A stretch of 64,000 nt of DNA, taken from contig JBJBDL010000003.1 in NCBI GenBank assembly GCA_047285305.1, forward strand, positions 512,001 through 576,000, read 5' to 3'. The stretch is from Synechococcus sp. (GTDB taxonomy: Bacteria > Cyanobacteriota > Cyanobacteriia > PCC-6307 > Cyanobiaceae). Position 1 is the first letter of the stretch. Every line of letters starts with the position of its first letter. Below, one piece after another: positions 44,709 to 54,446 of this stretch. The notes beneath the pieces were generated by a model. It was not told the origin of the DNA, did no database searches, and saw nothing but the letters and a program-made list of their open reading frames with translations. Both the position numbers and the translations under genes were made by a program.

Positions 44709-44825
44709 TCAGTCTTCTGAATTGCGATCACGCCGATACCGATCAGGGCTGAAGAACCAAATGATCAGCCGGGTGGTGAACCAGGCGAGCAAGATGCCCA
44801 GAGCTATCGAGACAAGCGCCTCCAC
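44709..44825 (-). CDS. Putative single-TM microprotein (38 aa)
   Basis: VEALVSIALGILLAWFTTRLIIWFFSPDRYRRDRNSED. Confidence 0.4.
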   Translation of the reverse strand: MEALVSIALGILLAWFTTRLIIWFFSPDRYRRDRNSED

Positions 44826-44909
44826 AACAGATCTTCAGAGAACATCAGCCGGAGCTGGATGTCCTCAATATGCCGTGCTGATCAAGGGCTGAAGAGCGAC
44901 CGTTAACGG

Positions 44910-45056
44910 TCAGTCGCGTACTGGTTCGTCCTTGTCTTTGGGGGCCTCGAATTGAGGCTGAGGTTTAGCTGCTGACTTTGAAGCCAGAGAAGCCTCCAGA
45001 CGCTGCAGCTGCGCTTCAAGCAGTGCGGCGGACATGCTGAGGGTGTGGTCAGTCAT
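44910..45056 (-). CDS. Putative 48-aa coiled-coil microprotein
   Basis: MTDHTLSMSAALLEAQLQRLEASLASKSAAKPQPQFEAPKDKDEPVRD. Confidence 0.35.
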   Translation of the reverse strand: MTDHTLSMSAALLEAQLQRLEASLASKSAAKPQPQFEAPKDKDEPVRD

Positions 45057-45256
45057 CGATTGGCGTTTCCAACAGCGGGAGGTGCAGGGCCTAGTGCTGT
45101 CGAAAGGGGGCCTACGGGTTAAAACACTGACGAACGATAAGGAACCACAGGCAGCAGACCAGGGGCATAAATACCTAGGGTCAGCAACCTCGGACGTTTG
45201 GCAGTGCCGGGCTTTCCAGGGCTGCCATAGGCAGACGGTCGGTCAATCTTTCGTGC

Positions 45257-45291
45257 CTAGGGCAGCTCTGCTCTAACAAAGCTCTAAAAAA
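45257..45291. repeat. Right-end short repeats (candidate integrase arm sites)
   Basis: Tandem GCTCTAACAAA/GCTCTAAAAAA; CTAGGGCAG is the reverse complement of left-end CTGCCCTAG. Confidence 0.5.
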
Positions 45292-45341
45292 GTTTTTGGC
45301 TGCTTGGTAGCTGTGTATGCAGTGGATTTTATGTAAAAGCA

Positions 45342-45389
45342 ACCTCCCTTACAAGGAGATTGTCACTGATTCGATCCCAGTATCGCCCA
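45342..45389 (+). repeat. Distal att site: duplicated 3' part of tRNA-Val
   Basis: 47/48 identity to 32010-32057 (G>A at 45369). Confidence 0.97.
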
Positions 45390-46128
45390 TCTCAAAACGC
45401 GGTGCTGAACTGGGCTTCGTTGGGTTTTTGCTTCAGCTCGCAAACGCTCGCTCTCCAGGGCCATCGCTTGTTGGCTGGGCGCGGAATTCACCGCGCAAGA
45501 TACCTTCTGCCCTTCGCATCATTTTCAGGCAGGTCTCCTTGTCAGCTGAGGCGTAGGCAGCGTCCATGCATTGCACGTACTGCTCTTCAGGAGTCACAAG
45601 CCGTTTGCCGTTGGTCGGAGTATCGGTCCGATTCGAATGGCTCGCCGTAGCTGCAATTACCCATCCGCTCGGTGCATGTGACGGGTAGGTGTGCAAAGGT
45701 GGTGCGACGCCAAAGAGCCTGATTGAAGGCCCACTGCGCGAGAACCTATAACTCGATTCCATGAACAGAAGATCCAGCACTCCCCCGAGGGAGTGGCGAA
45801 AGGCTGGCAGCAATGCCAGCAGAATTGACCTCAGCGGCTATGCCTCATCTCAGCATCGCCGTTTCCTGAAGGCGGAAGCCGAGCAGGCCCCAGGGGAGCC
45901 CAGGCATCGCTGACGAGGTTCGTCCCTTCAGCGGAATGAAGACGCCTCAGCTGTTGCTGCCGTCATCCATGCCACGTCTGATCAGGCTTTGCGTGAGCCA
46001 AAGCAGACCAATGAAACCGGCCGTGACGATCAACAGAGTCAAGATTCAGGCTGTGGTGCAGACGTAGAGACGTAGCTCGATTTGCCACCACATCATCATT
46101 GGAAGGTAGGCCTCAAAGGCACTTTGTG

Positions 46129-46314
46129 ATGCAGTTGGTCTTGGCGCTTGTGATTCCCGTGGTTCTGCTAGTGGGGTTCACTGCGCTGTTGGCAACTGGC
46201 AGGTTGTCGATCTCTCGCAACGCTGCGTGGTTGTTGGAACGCCAAGGCAGCATCTGGATGGCTGGAATCATTGCCCTTGCTGCTGTTGCGGCTGTGGTTG
46301 CTCTGCAGCGTTAA
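46129..46314 (+). CDS. Small two-TM hypothetical protein
   Basis: MQLVLALVIPVVLLVGFTALLATG...IWMAGIIALAAVAAVVALQR. Confidence 0.6.
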   Translation: MQLVLALVIPVVLLVGFTALLATGRLSISRNAAWLLERQGSIWMAGIIALAAVAAVVALQR

Positions 46315-46345
46315 GCCGTCTCGCCGAAGCGCTTTCAAAAGCTTG

Positions 46346-46375
46346 ACCCATCCCCAGGGAGGGAGCGGGATGGGT
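46346..46375. terminator. Hairpin between convergent genes
   Basis: ACCCATCCC...GGGATGGGT. Confidence 0.4.
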
Positions 46376-46398
46376 GGATTGTCATTTGGAAGTCTTGA

Positions 46399-46704
46399 TC
46401 AGCGGCTGCTGGAGCGCTTGCGCACAACCCTGGGGGTCTCCCGCTCGGTCTTGGCATCGGTTTCAGACACCGTCTTGTCTTCGCCGGCCGCTTCTCCCTG
46501 CCCGGGCTCATCGTCGGGTTCCTGCGCCTCAATCACTCCAAGCACCATGGCGGCTTCCAGCTGATCACTCATGTCACCGATGGTGAGCAGAGCCTTTAAG
46601 ACCAGCTGGGCGCGAGGCGCTTTGGGCAGGCCGGGACGAAGCTTTTTGGTGGTGTTCCACAGCTCCAGGGCCACTTCCTTCAGCAGTTCCTTGTCAGCAG
46701 CCAT
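46399..46704 (-). CDS. Conserved picocyanobacterial hypothetical protein (TIGR03894-like)
   Basis: DKELLKEVALELW..KKLRPGLP..RAQLVLKALLTIGD. Confidence 0.75.
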   Translation of the reverse strand: MAADKELLKEVALELWNTTKKLRPGLPKAPRAQLVLKALLTIGDMSDQLEAAMVLGVIEAQEPDDEPGQGEAAGEDKTVSETDAKTERETPRVVRKRSSSR

Positions 46705-46762
46705 TCGATTCGAACGTGAATCACACCATTCTCGTCATCGGGGGGGTGGTCCCCCTTCCGAA

Positions 46763-46999
46763 TCAGAAGCAGAAGGGCAGGAATTGGGTGCGGCAGGCGG
46801 CATAGCCATCCACCAGGGGACCCAGCCCGATCTGGTGAACGATGCCGGCACCGGTGAGCCCCTCGGTGATGATTCCGATCACGATGCCAACCATGGCGGC
46901 ACGGCCGTTGAAGCGTTCGGCCTTTTTGAGCTGCTCCATGTGGATGTCGCGGGCAGCGACGCCTTGGAACCAGGAATCGCTGGCTTGCGTGGATTTCAT
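46763..46999 (-). CDS. hli: High-light-inducible protein (chlorophyll a/b-binding motif)
   Basis: AERFNGRAAMVG motif; true start ATG 46999 inside the longer track ORF. Confidence 0.92.
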   Translation of the reverse strand: MKSTQASDSWFQGVAARDIHMEQLKKAERFNGRAAMVGIVIGIITEGLTGAGIVHQIGLGPLVDGYAACRTQFLPFCF

Positions 47000-47037
47000 C
47001 GAACTCAAGCTGTTGTTACAAAGCTTAATCCGAAAAA

Positions 47038-47775
47038 TCAGTTTTTCAGCAGCAGTCGTTCCCCCGGTGTTGGATCGGTCCAGGAGCTGCTGGCCGGCAG
47101 CTGGGCTCCAGTGCTGGCTATGGATCCTTTCATTCGCAGGGCCCGACTCAAGGCGCCGCCAAAGCGCACGTCGCCGCCGGAGGTGCTGGCGAGCACCGTG
47201 GTGGGTTGGAAGCGTTCCACCAGTTGCGGCACCACGGAGCAGCCCTTCACAAACGCTCCAAGCGCCGGCAGCCCCAGATCCACCATCGGCGTGATCACGG
47301 CATCCAGGGGCTGTGGCTCCAGGGCTGGATCGAGAAAACCGTGGGGTTCGAGATAGAGCGACCCGGCCGGATGTTCGAGCAGATAACCGTTTTCCACCAT
47401 CGGCACCGGTGCACCGGCGCTGGCGCGCACCCGCAGGCCCTGGTGGTTGGTGCTCTCTCCGGGGGAGAGGGCTTTCACGCTGGTGAAGCCCAGGCGTTCC
47501 ACCACCCGTGCAGCTGCCGCCGATCCAATGACGGGCAGGTCCTTGGGGAGAAGCGCCAAGGTGTCCGGATGGGCGTGGTCTGCAAGCCCCTGGGTGAGCA
47601 ACAGCAGGTTCAGCTTCTCGGGCACCTTGCGCTCGCAGGGCAGTTCCCCTTTGAGCAGCCACTCCCCGGGGGGGAAGCTCAGGCTGCCGCGCAACCAGGG
47701 ATCCACCAGAACGCGGAGATCATCGAATTCGAGCAACCAGCCATTGGCTCCGTAGTACGTGGCGGCCAGGGTCAT
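47038..47775 (-). CDS. MBL-fold metallo-hydrolase
   Basis: NGWLLE..VLVDPWL, TQGLADHAH, YLEPHG. Confidence 0.85.
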   Translation of the reverse strand: MTLAATYYGANGWLLEFDDLRVLVDPWLRGSLSFPPGEWLLKGELPCERKVPEKLNLLLLTQGLADHAHPDTLALLPKDLPVIGSAAAARVVERLGFTSVKALSPGESTNHQGLRVRASAGAPVPMVENGYLLEHPAGSLYLEPHGFLDPALEPQPLDAVITPMVDLGLPALGAFVKGCSVVPQLVERFQPTTVLASTSGGDVRFGGALSRALRMKGSIASTGAQLPASSSWTDPTPGERLLLKN

Positions 47776-48182
47776 GACGGGCTTTGCTGCCGTTCGCGGC
47801 AGTCGCTGCAGAGACCAAAGAATTCAAGCGTGTGAAACAGGAGATCGAAGCCTTTGCGACCGTCTTCGGGCACCTCCAGGTCGTGAATCGGGCAGTGGTC
47901 GAGCGCCTGGGTCTTGCCGCAATCGACGCAGGTGAGGTGGTGGCGATCCCGCTCCAGCGGCGCATAGAGCGCCTCGCCATTGGGCAGGTGGCGGCAGCGC
48001 ACCAGGCCCCGTTGCTGCAGCTGGCGCAGATTCCGGTACACCGTGGCCAGGCCCATGGCCTGTTCGGGCTCCAGGCTGCGGTGCAGCTGCTGACCGCTCA
48101 TCTCATCACCACAGGCCTGCAGGTTCGCCAGCAAGACCTTCTGGCGGGCATTGAGCTGGGTGGCAGGGCGGCGAGTGGCCAT
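47772..48182 (-). CDS. zur: Fur-family regulator, zinc uptake regulator
   Basis: MGLATVYRNL, DRHHLTCVDCG, CPIH, FFGLCSDC; resembles marine Synechococcus Zur. Confidence 0.85.
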   Translation of the reverse strand: MATRRPATQLNARQKVLLANLQACGDEMSGQQLHRSLEPEQAMGLATVYRNLRQLQQRGLVRCRHLPNGEALYAPLERDRHHLTCVDCGKTQALDHCPIHDLEVPEDGRKGFDLLFHTLEFFGLCSDCRERQQSPS

Positions 48183-48232
48183 GGTTTCAAAGGGCGACCA
48201 ACCAGCGGCTACTCAACATCACAGCGTGGGAT

Positions 48233-49141
48233 TCAGCCACCGATCAGCTGCTCGCTCAAGCTCCAGAGCCGCTGCCGTTCGGCAGGTTGGCTCGCTGCTG
48301 GCGCTACACGGCAGAGCGCCGGTGCACCCCGCAAGCCGCCGAACTGCTCAGGGCCGTAGTGCTCGCCACCCTGAGCAGTCGCCGCGGTGGCGGCATGCAG
48401 TTGCGGCAGGGCACCCATGCCGGCGCTTTGGAACAGGGGATCCATCAGCCGGTAGGCAAGGGCCTCGAAGCGGTTGCCGACGCTGGCGATTGCGGTGGGC
48501 TGCAGTTCCGTGCGCGCGATGCCGGGATGGGCGGCCAGGGAGCGGATGGGGCTGCCCTGCTCGCGCAGGTGTGCATCCAGCTCAAGGGCAAACATCACGT
48601 TGGCGAGTTTGCTTTGGCCATAGGCCCCATAGCGGTCGTAGCTCTTGCTCCAGCTGGGGTCGTCCCAGCGAATCTTGCCGAAGTACTGCGCTCCGGAGGT
48701 CACCGTCACCACGCGGGGATCGGGCCGGTTCTGCAGCAGCGGCAGCAGGGCCTGGGTCAGGGCCATGTGCCCCAGGTGATTCACCCCGAATTGCAATTCA
48801 TGCCCCTGGGCGGTGGTGCGGCGCGGCGGTGCCATCACGCCAGCGTTGTTGATCAGCAGATCAAGGCAGCCGTAGCGCTCCCCGACGGTGGCCGCCGCCT
48901 GTTGCACGCTGGTTAGGTCCGCCAGATCCAGGTCCACCAGATCCACCGCTCCCCCATCGCGCTCCTGCAGCAACTCCTGCTTGGCCCTCTCGGCTTTGCG
49001 GGGGCTGCGGCACGCCAACACCACGGTGGCCCCGCAGCGTTTCAAGGCGCGCGCGGTTTCCAGGCCCAGGCCGCTGTTGGCTCCAGTGATCAGGGCTATG
49101 CGGCCCTGCTGGTTCGGGATGTCAGCCGCGGACCAACCCAT
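48233..49141 (-). CDS. Short-chain dehydrogenase/reductase
   Basis: TGANSGLG, NNAGVM, YGQSK, AHPG. Confidence 0.92.
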   Translation of the reverse strand: MGWSAADIPNQQGRIALITGANSGLGLETARALKRCGATVVLACRSPRKAERAKQELLQERDGGAVDLVDLDLADLTSVQQAAATVGERYGCLDLLINNAGVMAPPRRTTAQGHELQFGVNHLGHMALTQALLPLLQNRPDPRVVTVTSGAQYFGKIRWDDPSWSKSYDRYGAYGQSKLANVMFALELDAHLREQGSPIRSLAAHPGIARTELQPTAIASVGNRFEALAYRLMDPLFQSAGMGALPQLHAATAATAQGGEHYGPEQFGGLRGAPALCRVAPAASQPAERQRLWSLSEQLIGG

Positions 49142-49161
49142 CGCGTCCTCTGAGCCTGGGC

Positions 49162-49419
49162 TCAGTCCTCAGGGAAGAGCAGCTCGGCCAGTTCGTCGGC
49201 GTCCACGTCGTAGACGCGGGCCAGGCTGGTTTCGATGGCGTTGGTTACCTCGCCCGGCAGGAAGCGCATTGAGTTGAGGGCGTCCTCGGCGATGTCGTCG
49301 GTGAGCAGCTTGTCGTCGCTGTCCAGCTTTTCGTCATTGATCACCGCCATCACCCAGCTTTGGTAGGCGTAGACCAGATCGGAGAACTCGAGTTCGGGAT
49401 CGTTCAGGTCCAGGGCCAT
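49162..49419 (-). CDS. Conserved acidic hypothetical protein
   Basis: 85-aa ORF with host-like codon use. Confidence 0.75.
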   Translation of the reverse strand: MALDLNDPELEFSDLVYAYQSWVMAVINDEKLDSDDKLLTDDIAEDALNSMRFLPGEVTNAIETSLARVYDVDADELAELLFPED

Positions 49420-49464
49420 GGTGCGAATAGCCAGTCGCCCCAGTCTGACCTTTCGCAGGAGAGG

Positions 49465-49923
49465 ATGAACAGCATGGATTCCGCTGATGCCACTGGCCTG
49501 CAGGCCACGCTGTTTGATTTTTCAATCGCTGAGCTGGTGCGGCAGCACCGGGAAAGCTTCCAACCCCTGTGGACGGCGGAAAGTTGGGTGAAGCTGCTGA
49601 TCTGGTTGTCGCTGAATTGCGGCAGCTCCGGGGATGAAGCCGGCATGGCCCGGTTCGTCGAGGCGCTTGGGCCAAGCCTCACCACCCGGATGCGGCGGGT
49701 GTTCTTTGAGCGGGAGCTGGAGGCTCTCGATCTTCAGGTGATGGCCGATCCGGCTGAGCAGCAGGTGCTGGTGCTGCCGATGGGCCCGGGTGTTCCCCTG
49801 GATCTTGAGCGCGCTGCCACGGTGATCGAACAGGTGCAGTTGCAGGGACATGTGGCTGACCGGTCGCGCTGGCAGCAGCTCGATGCTGTGGTGGCGATTC
49901 CTCGCGTGGAGGCCGCGGCATGA
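49465..49923 (+). CDS. Conserved hypothetical protein
   Basis: AELVRQHRESFQPLWTAESWVKLLIWL; ATG 49465 after a GGAGAGG RBS. Confidence 0.75.
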   Translation: MNSMDSADATGLQATLFDFSIAELVRQHRESFQPLWTAESWVKLLIWLSLNCGSSGDEAGMARFVEALGPSLTTRMRRVFFERELEALDLQVMADPAEQQVLVLPMGPGVPLDLERAATVIEQVQLQGHVADRSRWQQLDAVVAIPRVEAAA

Positions 49924-50543
49924 ACCTGATCGGGCGCTACAGCAATCCCGGTTACGCCTCGGTGGCCGATGCGGTGCGTGAGTTCTTCGAGCGCCGGGTG
50001 GACTTACAGCGGCCTGGCGTGGCCTTCGGGCCCGAGGGTGAGGGGGAACCGGCGAAACAGAGCACCGACATCAGCCTGGTGGCGATTGATCGCTCGGAAC
50101 CCGAATCCTTTGCCCTTTCGCAACTGATCCTGCGGGGGGTGACGGCCGGCTTGGAGCGCTATCTGCAGGAGCGGCCGCTGTTCCGTCAGTGCTGCCCGCA
50201 GCAGAGCCTGTTTGTGAATCCGATCTTCAACCTCCAGCACTACGCCCCGGGGGAAGGCTTCAAGCGTTGGCACTGCGATTGGACCATCAGCGATGAGGCC
50301 ACCGAACCGGTGCACCGGTTGCTGGCCTGGATTCTCTATTGCAACGACGTGGATGAGGCTGGCACCGAGTTCCACTGGCAGGACCACCACGAACCGGCGG
50401 AGCGCGGCAAGTTGGTGATCTTTCCGGCTGGTCCGTCCCACATTCACCGTGGCCGGGTGAATGAGAGCGCTAGTAAGTTGATCGCCACCGGTTGGATCAA
50501 CGCCGGACGCCAGGAGGACTACCTACGGCGTCTCGCCAGCTGA
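49920..50543 (+). CDS. 2OG-Fe(II) oxygenase
   Basis: WHCD, WILYCND, GTEF, HIHRG, KLIATGW. Confidence 0.88.
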   Translation: MNLIGRYSNPGYASVADAVREFFERRVDLQRPGVAFGPEGEGEPAKQSTDISLVAIDRSEPESFALSQLILRGVTAGLERYLQERPLFRQCCPQQSLFVNPIFNLQHYAPGEGFKRWHCDWTISDEATEPVHRLLAWILYCNDVDEAGTEFHWQDHHEPAERGKLVIFPAGPSHIHRGRVNESASKLIATGWINAGRQEDYLRRLAS

Positions 50544-50722
50544 GTTGTTGGTTGGATCGCTGTCTGATTCGGGCTGGAGCTGATTGATGGGGCTGCCGAG
50601 CCGGTGGGTTTCCTCCTTGGAGGGGGGCCATTCCATCGGATACACCTGGCGCTGCGGGAAGGGGCGTTGGCCATTGCGGACAGGGCTTTGCGAGCATGGC
50701 CGGCTGAACCGCTGAGCTTTCC

Positions 50723-53467
50723 GTGCCCGAACTGGCCAAGACCTACGACCCGGCTGGCACGGAGGCCCGCTGGCAGCGGGCCTGGGAGGACCAGGGAGCG
50801 TTCCATCCCGACCCGAAGGCCCCCGGTGAACCGTTCTCTGTGGTGATCCCGCCGCCGAACGTGACCGGCAGCCTGCACATGGGCCATGCCTTCAACACGG
50901 CTCTCATCGACACGATCGTGCGCTATCAGCGCTTGGCGGGAAAGAATGTTCTTTGCTTGCCCGGCACCGATCACGCCTCGATCGCGGTGCAGACGATCCT
51001 CGAGAAGCAGCTCAAAGATGAGGGCAAGACCCGTCACGACCTCGGCCGTGAGGCGTTTCTGGAGCGGGCTTGGCAGTGGAAGGCCGAAAGCGGTGGCCGC
51101 ATCGTGGGCCAGCTGCGGCGGTTGGGGTATTCCGTTGATTGGAAGCGTCAGCGCTTCACCCTGGATGAGGGCCTGAGTGAGGCGGTGAGGGAGGCCTTCG
51201 TGCGGCTGCACGAGCAGGGGCTGATCTACCGCGGCGAGTACCTGGTGAACTGGTGCCCCGCCTCCGGTTCGGCGGTGAGCGATCTCGAGGTGGAGATGAA
51301 GGAGGTGGACGGCCACCTCTGGCATTTCCGCTATCCACTCAGCAGCGGCGCCGGCCACCTGGAAGTGGCCACCACCCGGCCCGAAACGATGCTGGGCGAC
51401 ACGGCGGTGGCGGTGAACCCCACCGATGAGCGCTACGCCCACTTGGTGGGCCAGACCCTCACCCTGCCGTTCGTGGGGCGGGAGATTCCGATCGTGGCCG
51501 ACGACCACGTAGAGAAGGAGTTCGGCACCGGCTGCGTCAAGGTGACGCCGGCCCACGACCCCAACGATTTCGCCATCGGCCAGCGCCACGGTCTGCCCCA
51601 GATCACCGTGATGCGCAAGAACGGCACGATGAACAAGGAGGCCGGCCAGTTCGAAGGGCTGGATCGCTTTGAGGCCCGCAAGGCTGTGGTGGCTGGCCTG
51701 GAGGAGCTGGGGCTGCTGGTGAAGGTGGAGGACTACCGCCACAGCGTTCCCTATTCCGATCGCGGCAAGGTGCCGGTGGAGCCGCTGCTTTCCACCCAGT
51801 GGTTTGTCAAAACCGAGCCCCTTGCGGCTCGCTGTCGTGAGGCCCTCGAGAAGCAGGACCCCCGCTTCATCCCCGAGCGCTGGGAGAAGGTGTATCGCGA
51901 CTGGCTCACCGACATCCGCGACTGGTGCATCAGCCGCCAGCTCTGGTGGGGACATCGCATTCCCGCCTGGTTCGTGATCAGCGAGACCGGCGGCAAGTAC
52001 ACCGACACCACCCCCTACGTGGTGGCCCGCAATGAAGCCGAAGCCCTGGAGAAGGCCAAGGCGGAGTACGGCGCGGCGGCGGAGATCGAGCAGGACGAAG
52101 ACGTGCTCGACACCTGGTTCTCCAGTGGCCTCTGGCCCTTCTCCACCCTGGGTTGGCCCGATGCTGACAGCGCCGACCTGCAGCGCTGGTACCCCACCAG
52201 CACCCTGGTGACGGGCTTCGACATCATCTTTTTCTGGGTGGCCCGGATGACGATGATGGCCGGCGCCTTCACCGGTGAGATGCCCTTCCAGGACGTCTAT
52301 ATCCACGGCCTGGTGCGGGATGAGCAGAACCGCAAGATGAGCAAGAGCGCCGGCAATGGCATCGATCCGCTGCTGCTGATCGACCGTTACGGCACCGATG
52401 CCTTGCGTTTTGCCCTGGTGCGGGAGGTGGCCGGTGCAGGTCAGGACATCCGCCTGGACTACGACCGCAAGAAGGACACCTCCGCCACGGTGGAGGCCTC
52501 GCGCAACTTCGCCAACAAGCTCTGGAACGCCACCCGCTTCGCCCTGATGAATCTGGGCGGCGAAACGCCGGCCCAACTCGGTGAACCCGATCCCGCGGCC
52601 CTGCAGCTGGCCGATCGCTGGATCCTCTCCCGCCTGGCCCGGGTGAACCGGGAGACGGCCGAGCGTTACAGCAGCTATGGCCTGGGTGAAGCCGCCAAAG
52701 GGCTTTACGAGTTCGCCTGGAACGACGTCTGCGACTGGTATCTGGAGCTGAGCAAGCGCCGGCTCAACCCCGGTGAGAACCCCTCGGCTGAGGCCCTCGC
52801 CGATCAGCGGGTGGCCAAGCAGGTGCTGGCCAAGGTGATCAGCCAGATGCATCTGATGCTGCATCCGCTTATGCCCCACCTCACCGAGGAGCTCTGGCAC
52901 AGCGTCACCGGTGAGCCGGAGACCACCTTCCTGGCCCTGCAGCCCTGGCCGGAGCTGGATGAAGGTGCTTTGGATGATGCGTTGGAAGCCTCGTTTGCCG
53001 AGCTGATCGGTGCCATCCGTGTGGTGCGCAACCTGCGCGCGGTGGCGGGCCTTAAGCCCTCGCAATCGGTGCCGGTGCGCTTCGTCACCGGCCGCGGCGA
53101 GCTGGCGGCTGTGCTCGGCAAGGGCACGGCCGACATCACAGCGCTGACGCGGGCGGAGTCGGTGGCGGTGATGGCGCCGGCAGAGGCCGATGCGGCTCCG
53201 GTGGCCAAAGCCCTGGCGGGGGTGAGCGGTGAGCTGCAAGTGTTGCTGCCGATCGAAGGCCTTGTGGATCTCGATGCGCTCAAGGGCCGTCTGGAGAAAG
53301 ACATCGCCAAGGCGGAGAAGGAGATCAAGGGCCTGGCGGGCCGGCTGGGCAACCCCAACTTCGCCGACAAGGCGCCGCCGGAGGTGGTGGCGGAATGCCA
53401 GGCCAACCTCGATGAGAAGCAGGCCCAGGCCGATCTGGCCCGCAAGCGCCTGGCGGATCTGAGCTGA
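50723..53467 (+). CDS. valS: Valine--tRNA ligase
   Basis: [31 protein letters not shown]-terminal coiled coil. Confidence 0.99.
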   Translation: MPELAKTYDPAGTEARWQRAWEDQGAFHPDPKAPGEPFSVVIPPPNVTGSLHMGHAFNTALIDTIVRYQRLAGKNVLCLPGTDHASIAVQTILEKQLKDEGKTRHDLGREAFLERAWQWKAESGGRIVGQLRRLGYSVDWKRQRFTLDEGLSEAVREAFVRLHEQGLIYRGEYLVNWCPASGSAVSDLEVEMKEVDGHLWHFRYPLSSGAGHLEVATTRPETMLGDTAVAVNPTDERYAHLVGQTLTLPFVGREIPIVADDHVEKEFGTGCVKVTPAHDPNDFAIGQRHGLPQITVMRKNGTMNKEAGQFEGLDRFEARKAVVAGLEELGLLVKVEDYRHSVPYSDRGKVPVEPLLSTQWFVKTEPLAARCREALEKQDPRFIPERWEKVYRDWLTDIRDWCISRQLWWGHRIPAWFVISETGGKYTDTTPYVVARNEAEALEKAKAEYGAAAEIEQDEDVLDTWFSSGLWPFSTLGWPDADSADLQRWYPTSTLVTGFDIIFFWVARMTMMAGAFTGEMPFQDVYIHGLVRDEQNRKMSKSAGNGIDPLLLIDRYGTDALRFALVREVAGAGQDIRLDYDRKKDTSATVEASRNFANKLWNATRFALMNLGGETPAQLGEPDPAALQLADRWILSRLARVNRETAERYSSYGLGEAAKGLYEFAWNDVCDWYLELSKRRLNPGENPSAEALADQRVAKQVLAKVISQMHLMLHPLMPHLTEELWHSVTGEPETTFLALQPWPELDEGALDDALEASFAELIGAIRVVRNLRAVAGLKPSQSVPVRFVTGRGELAAVLGKGTADITALTRAESVAVMAPAEADAAPVAKALAGVSGELQVLLPIEGLVDLDALKGRLEKDIAKAEKEIKGLAGRLGNPNFADKAPPEVVAECQANLDEKQAQADLARKRLADLS

Positions 53468-53471
53468 TCCG

Positions 53472-54446
53472 GTGATTCAGGTTGAGGGGCTGAGCAAGAT
53501 CTACCGGGTTGCCGAGAAGCAGCCCGGCTTGGCCGGCACTCTGCGCCATTTCATCCGCCGCCGCACCCGGGACGTCACCGCGGTGCAGGACGTTTCCTTC
53601 CGGATTGAGCCCGGGGAGATGGTGGGCTTCCTCGGTGCCAACGGCGCCGGCAAAACCACCACCTTGAAGATGCTCTGCGGCTTGATTCACCCCAGCGCCG
53701 GCGAGGTGCAGGTGGCGGAGCACCGGCCCCAGCGCCGTCAGGCGGAGTTTCTGCGCCGGATCACCCTCGTGATGGGGCAGAAGCAGCAGCTGCTCTGGGA
53801 CCTGCCGCCGATGGATTCACTGCAGGTGAATGCGGCGGTCTACGGCATTCCCGATGCTGTGGCCCGGCGGCGGATCAAGGAGCTGGCTGATCTGCTGGAG
53901 CTGGGGGAGGAACTCACCCGGCCGGTGCGCAAGCTTTCCCTGGGCCAGCGGATGAAGGCCGAACTGTTGGCGGCGCTGTTGCACGAGCCGGAGGTGCTGT
54001 TCCTCGATGAACCGACCCTGGGTCTGGATGTGAATGCCCAGGCCCGGGTGCGGCAGTTTCTGGCGGAGTACAACCGCCGCACGGGGGCAACGGTGCTGCT
54101 CACCAGCCACTACATGGCTGACATCACGGCCCTCTGCCCCCGGGTGCTGTTGATCCACCAGGGGCGGTTGTTCCACGATGGCCCCCTCGAAGCCCTGGCT
54201 GATCAATTGGCACCGGAGCGGGAGGTGCGGCTCGAGTTGGAGTCGCCCGTTTCAGCCGATGACTTGGCGGGGTTGGGGCGTCTGGAGCAGCTGGAGGGCT
54301 GTGATGTGCGGCTGCTGGTGCCCCGCGATCAGCTCACCGCCGTGGTGGCGCAACTGCTGGACCGCTTCCCCGTGCGTGATCTGGATGTCACCGATCCACC
54401 GATTGAGGAGCTGATCGGTGGTCTGTTTCGGCAGGGGCGCGTCTGA
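53472..54446 (+). CDS. ABC exporter ATP-binding protein
   Basis: GANGAGKT, LSLGQRM, LDEPT. Confidence 0.93.
   Translation: MIQVEGLSKIYRVAEKQPGLAGTLRHFIRRRTRDVTAVQDVSFRIEPGEMVGFLGANGAGKTTTLKMLCGLIHPSAGEVQVAEHRPQRRQAEFLRRITLVMGQKQQLLWDLPPMDSLQVNAAVYGIPDAVARRRIKELADLLELGEELTRPVRKLSLGQRMKAELLAALLHEPEVLFLDEPTLGLDVNAQARVRQFLAEYNRRTGATVLLTSHYMADITALCPRVLLIHQGRLFHDGPLEALADQLAPEREVRLELESPVSADDLAGLGRLEQLEGCDVRLLVPRDQLTAVVAQLLDRFPVRDLDVTDPPIEELIGGLFRQGRV

Larger units (their letters stand above)
32010..45389. mobile_element. tRNA-Val-integrated genomic island (~13.3 kb), no integrase recognised
   Basis: 48-bp direct repeat of the tRNA 3' part at both ends; visibly lower GC; accessory cargo and pseudogenes. 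Confidence 0.9.

Noticed and set aside
45342..45389. Second tRNA-Val gene
   Set aside because: Lacks the 5' acceptor strand and D-arm and has a T-stem mismatch; it is an att repeat
31907..45556. Two ORFs sharing LPYKEIVT.SIPVSP (31907-32146 and 45317-45556)
   Set aside because: Translations of the tRNA and its att duplicate, not paralogous proteins
47015..47030. HLR1 (RpaB) site upstream of hli
   Set aside because: Only one good half-site (GTTACAAA); the second is degenerate and mis-spaced
46763..47662. 299-aa Hli fusion protein
   Set aside because: Upstream part is an alternative frame of the MBL hydrolase gene; hli starts at 46999
50519..53239. 906-aa antisense ORF over valS (also 2738-4150, 7287-8636, 56841-58199)
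   Set aside because: Shadow frames of GC-rich, codon-biased genes; no recognisable motifs
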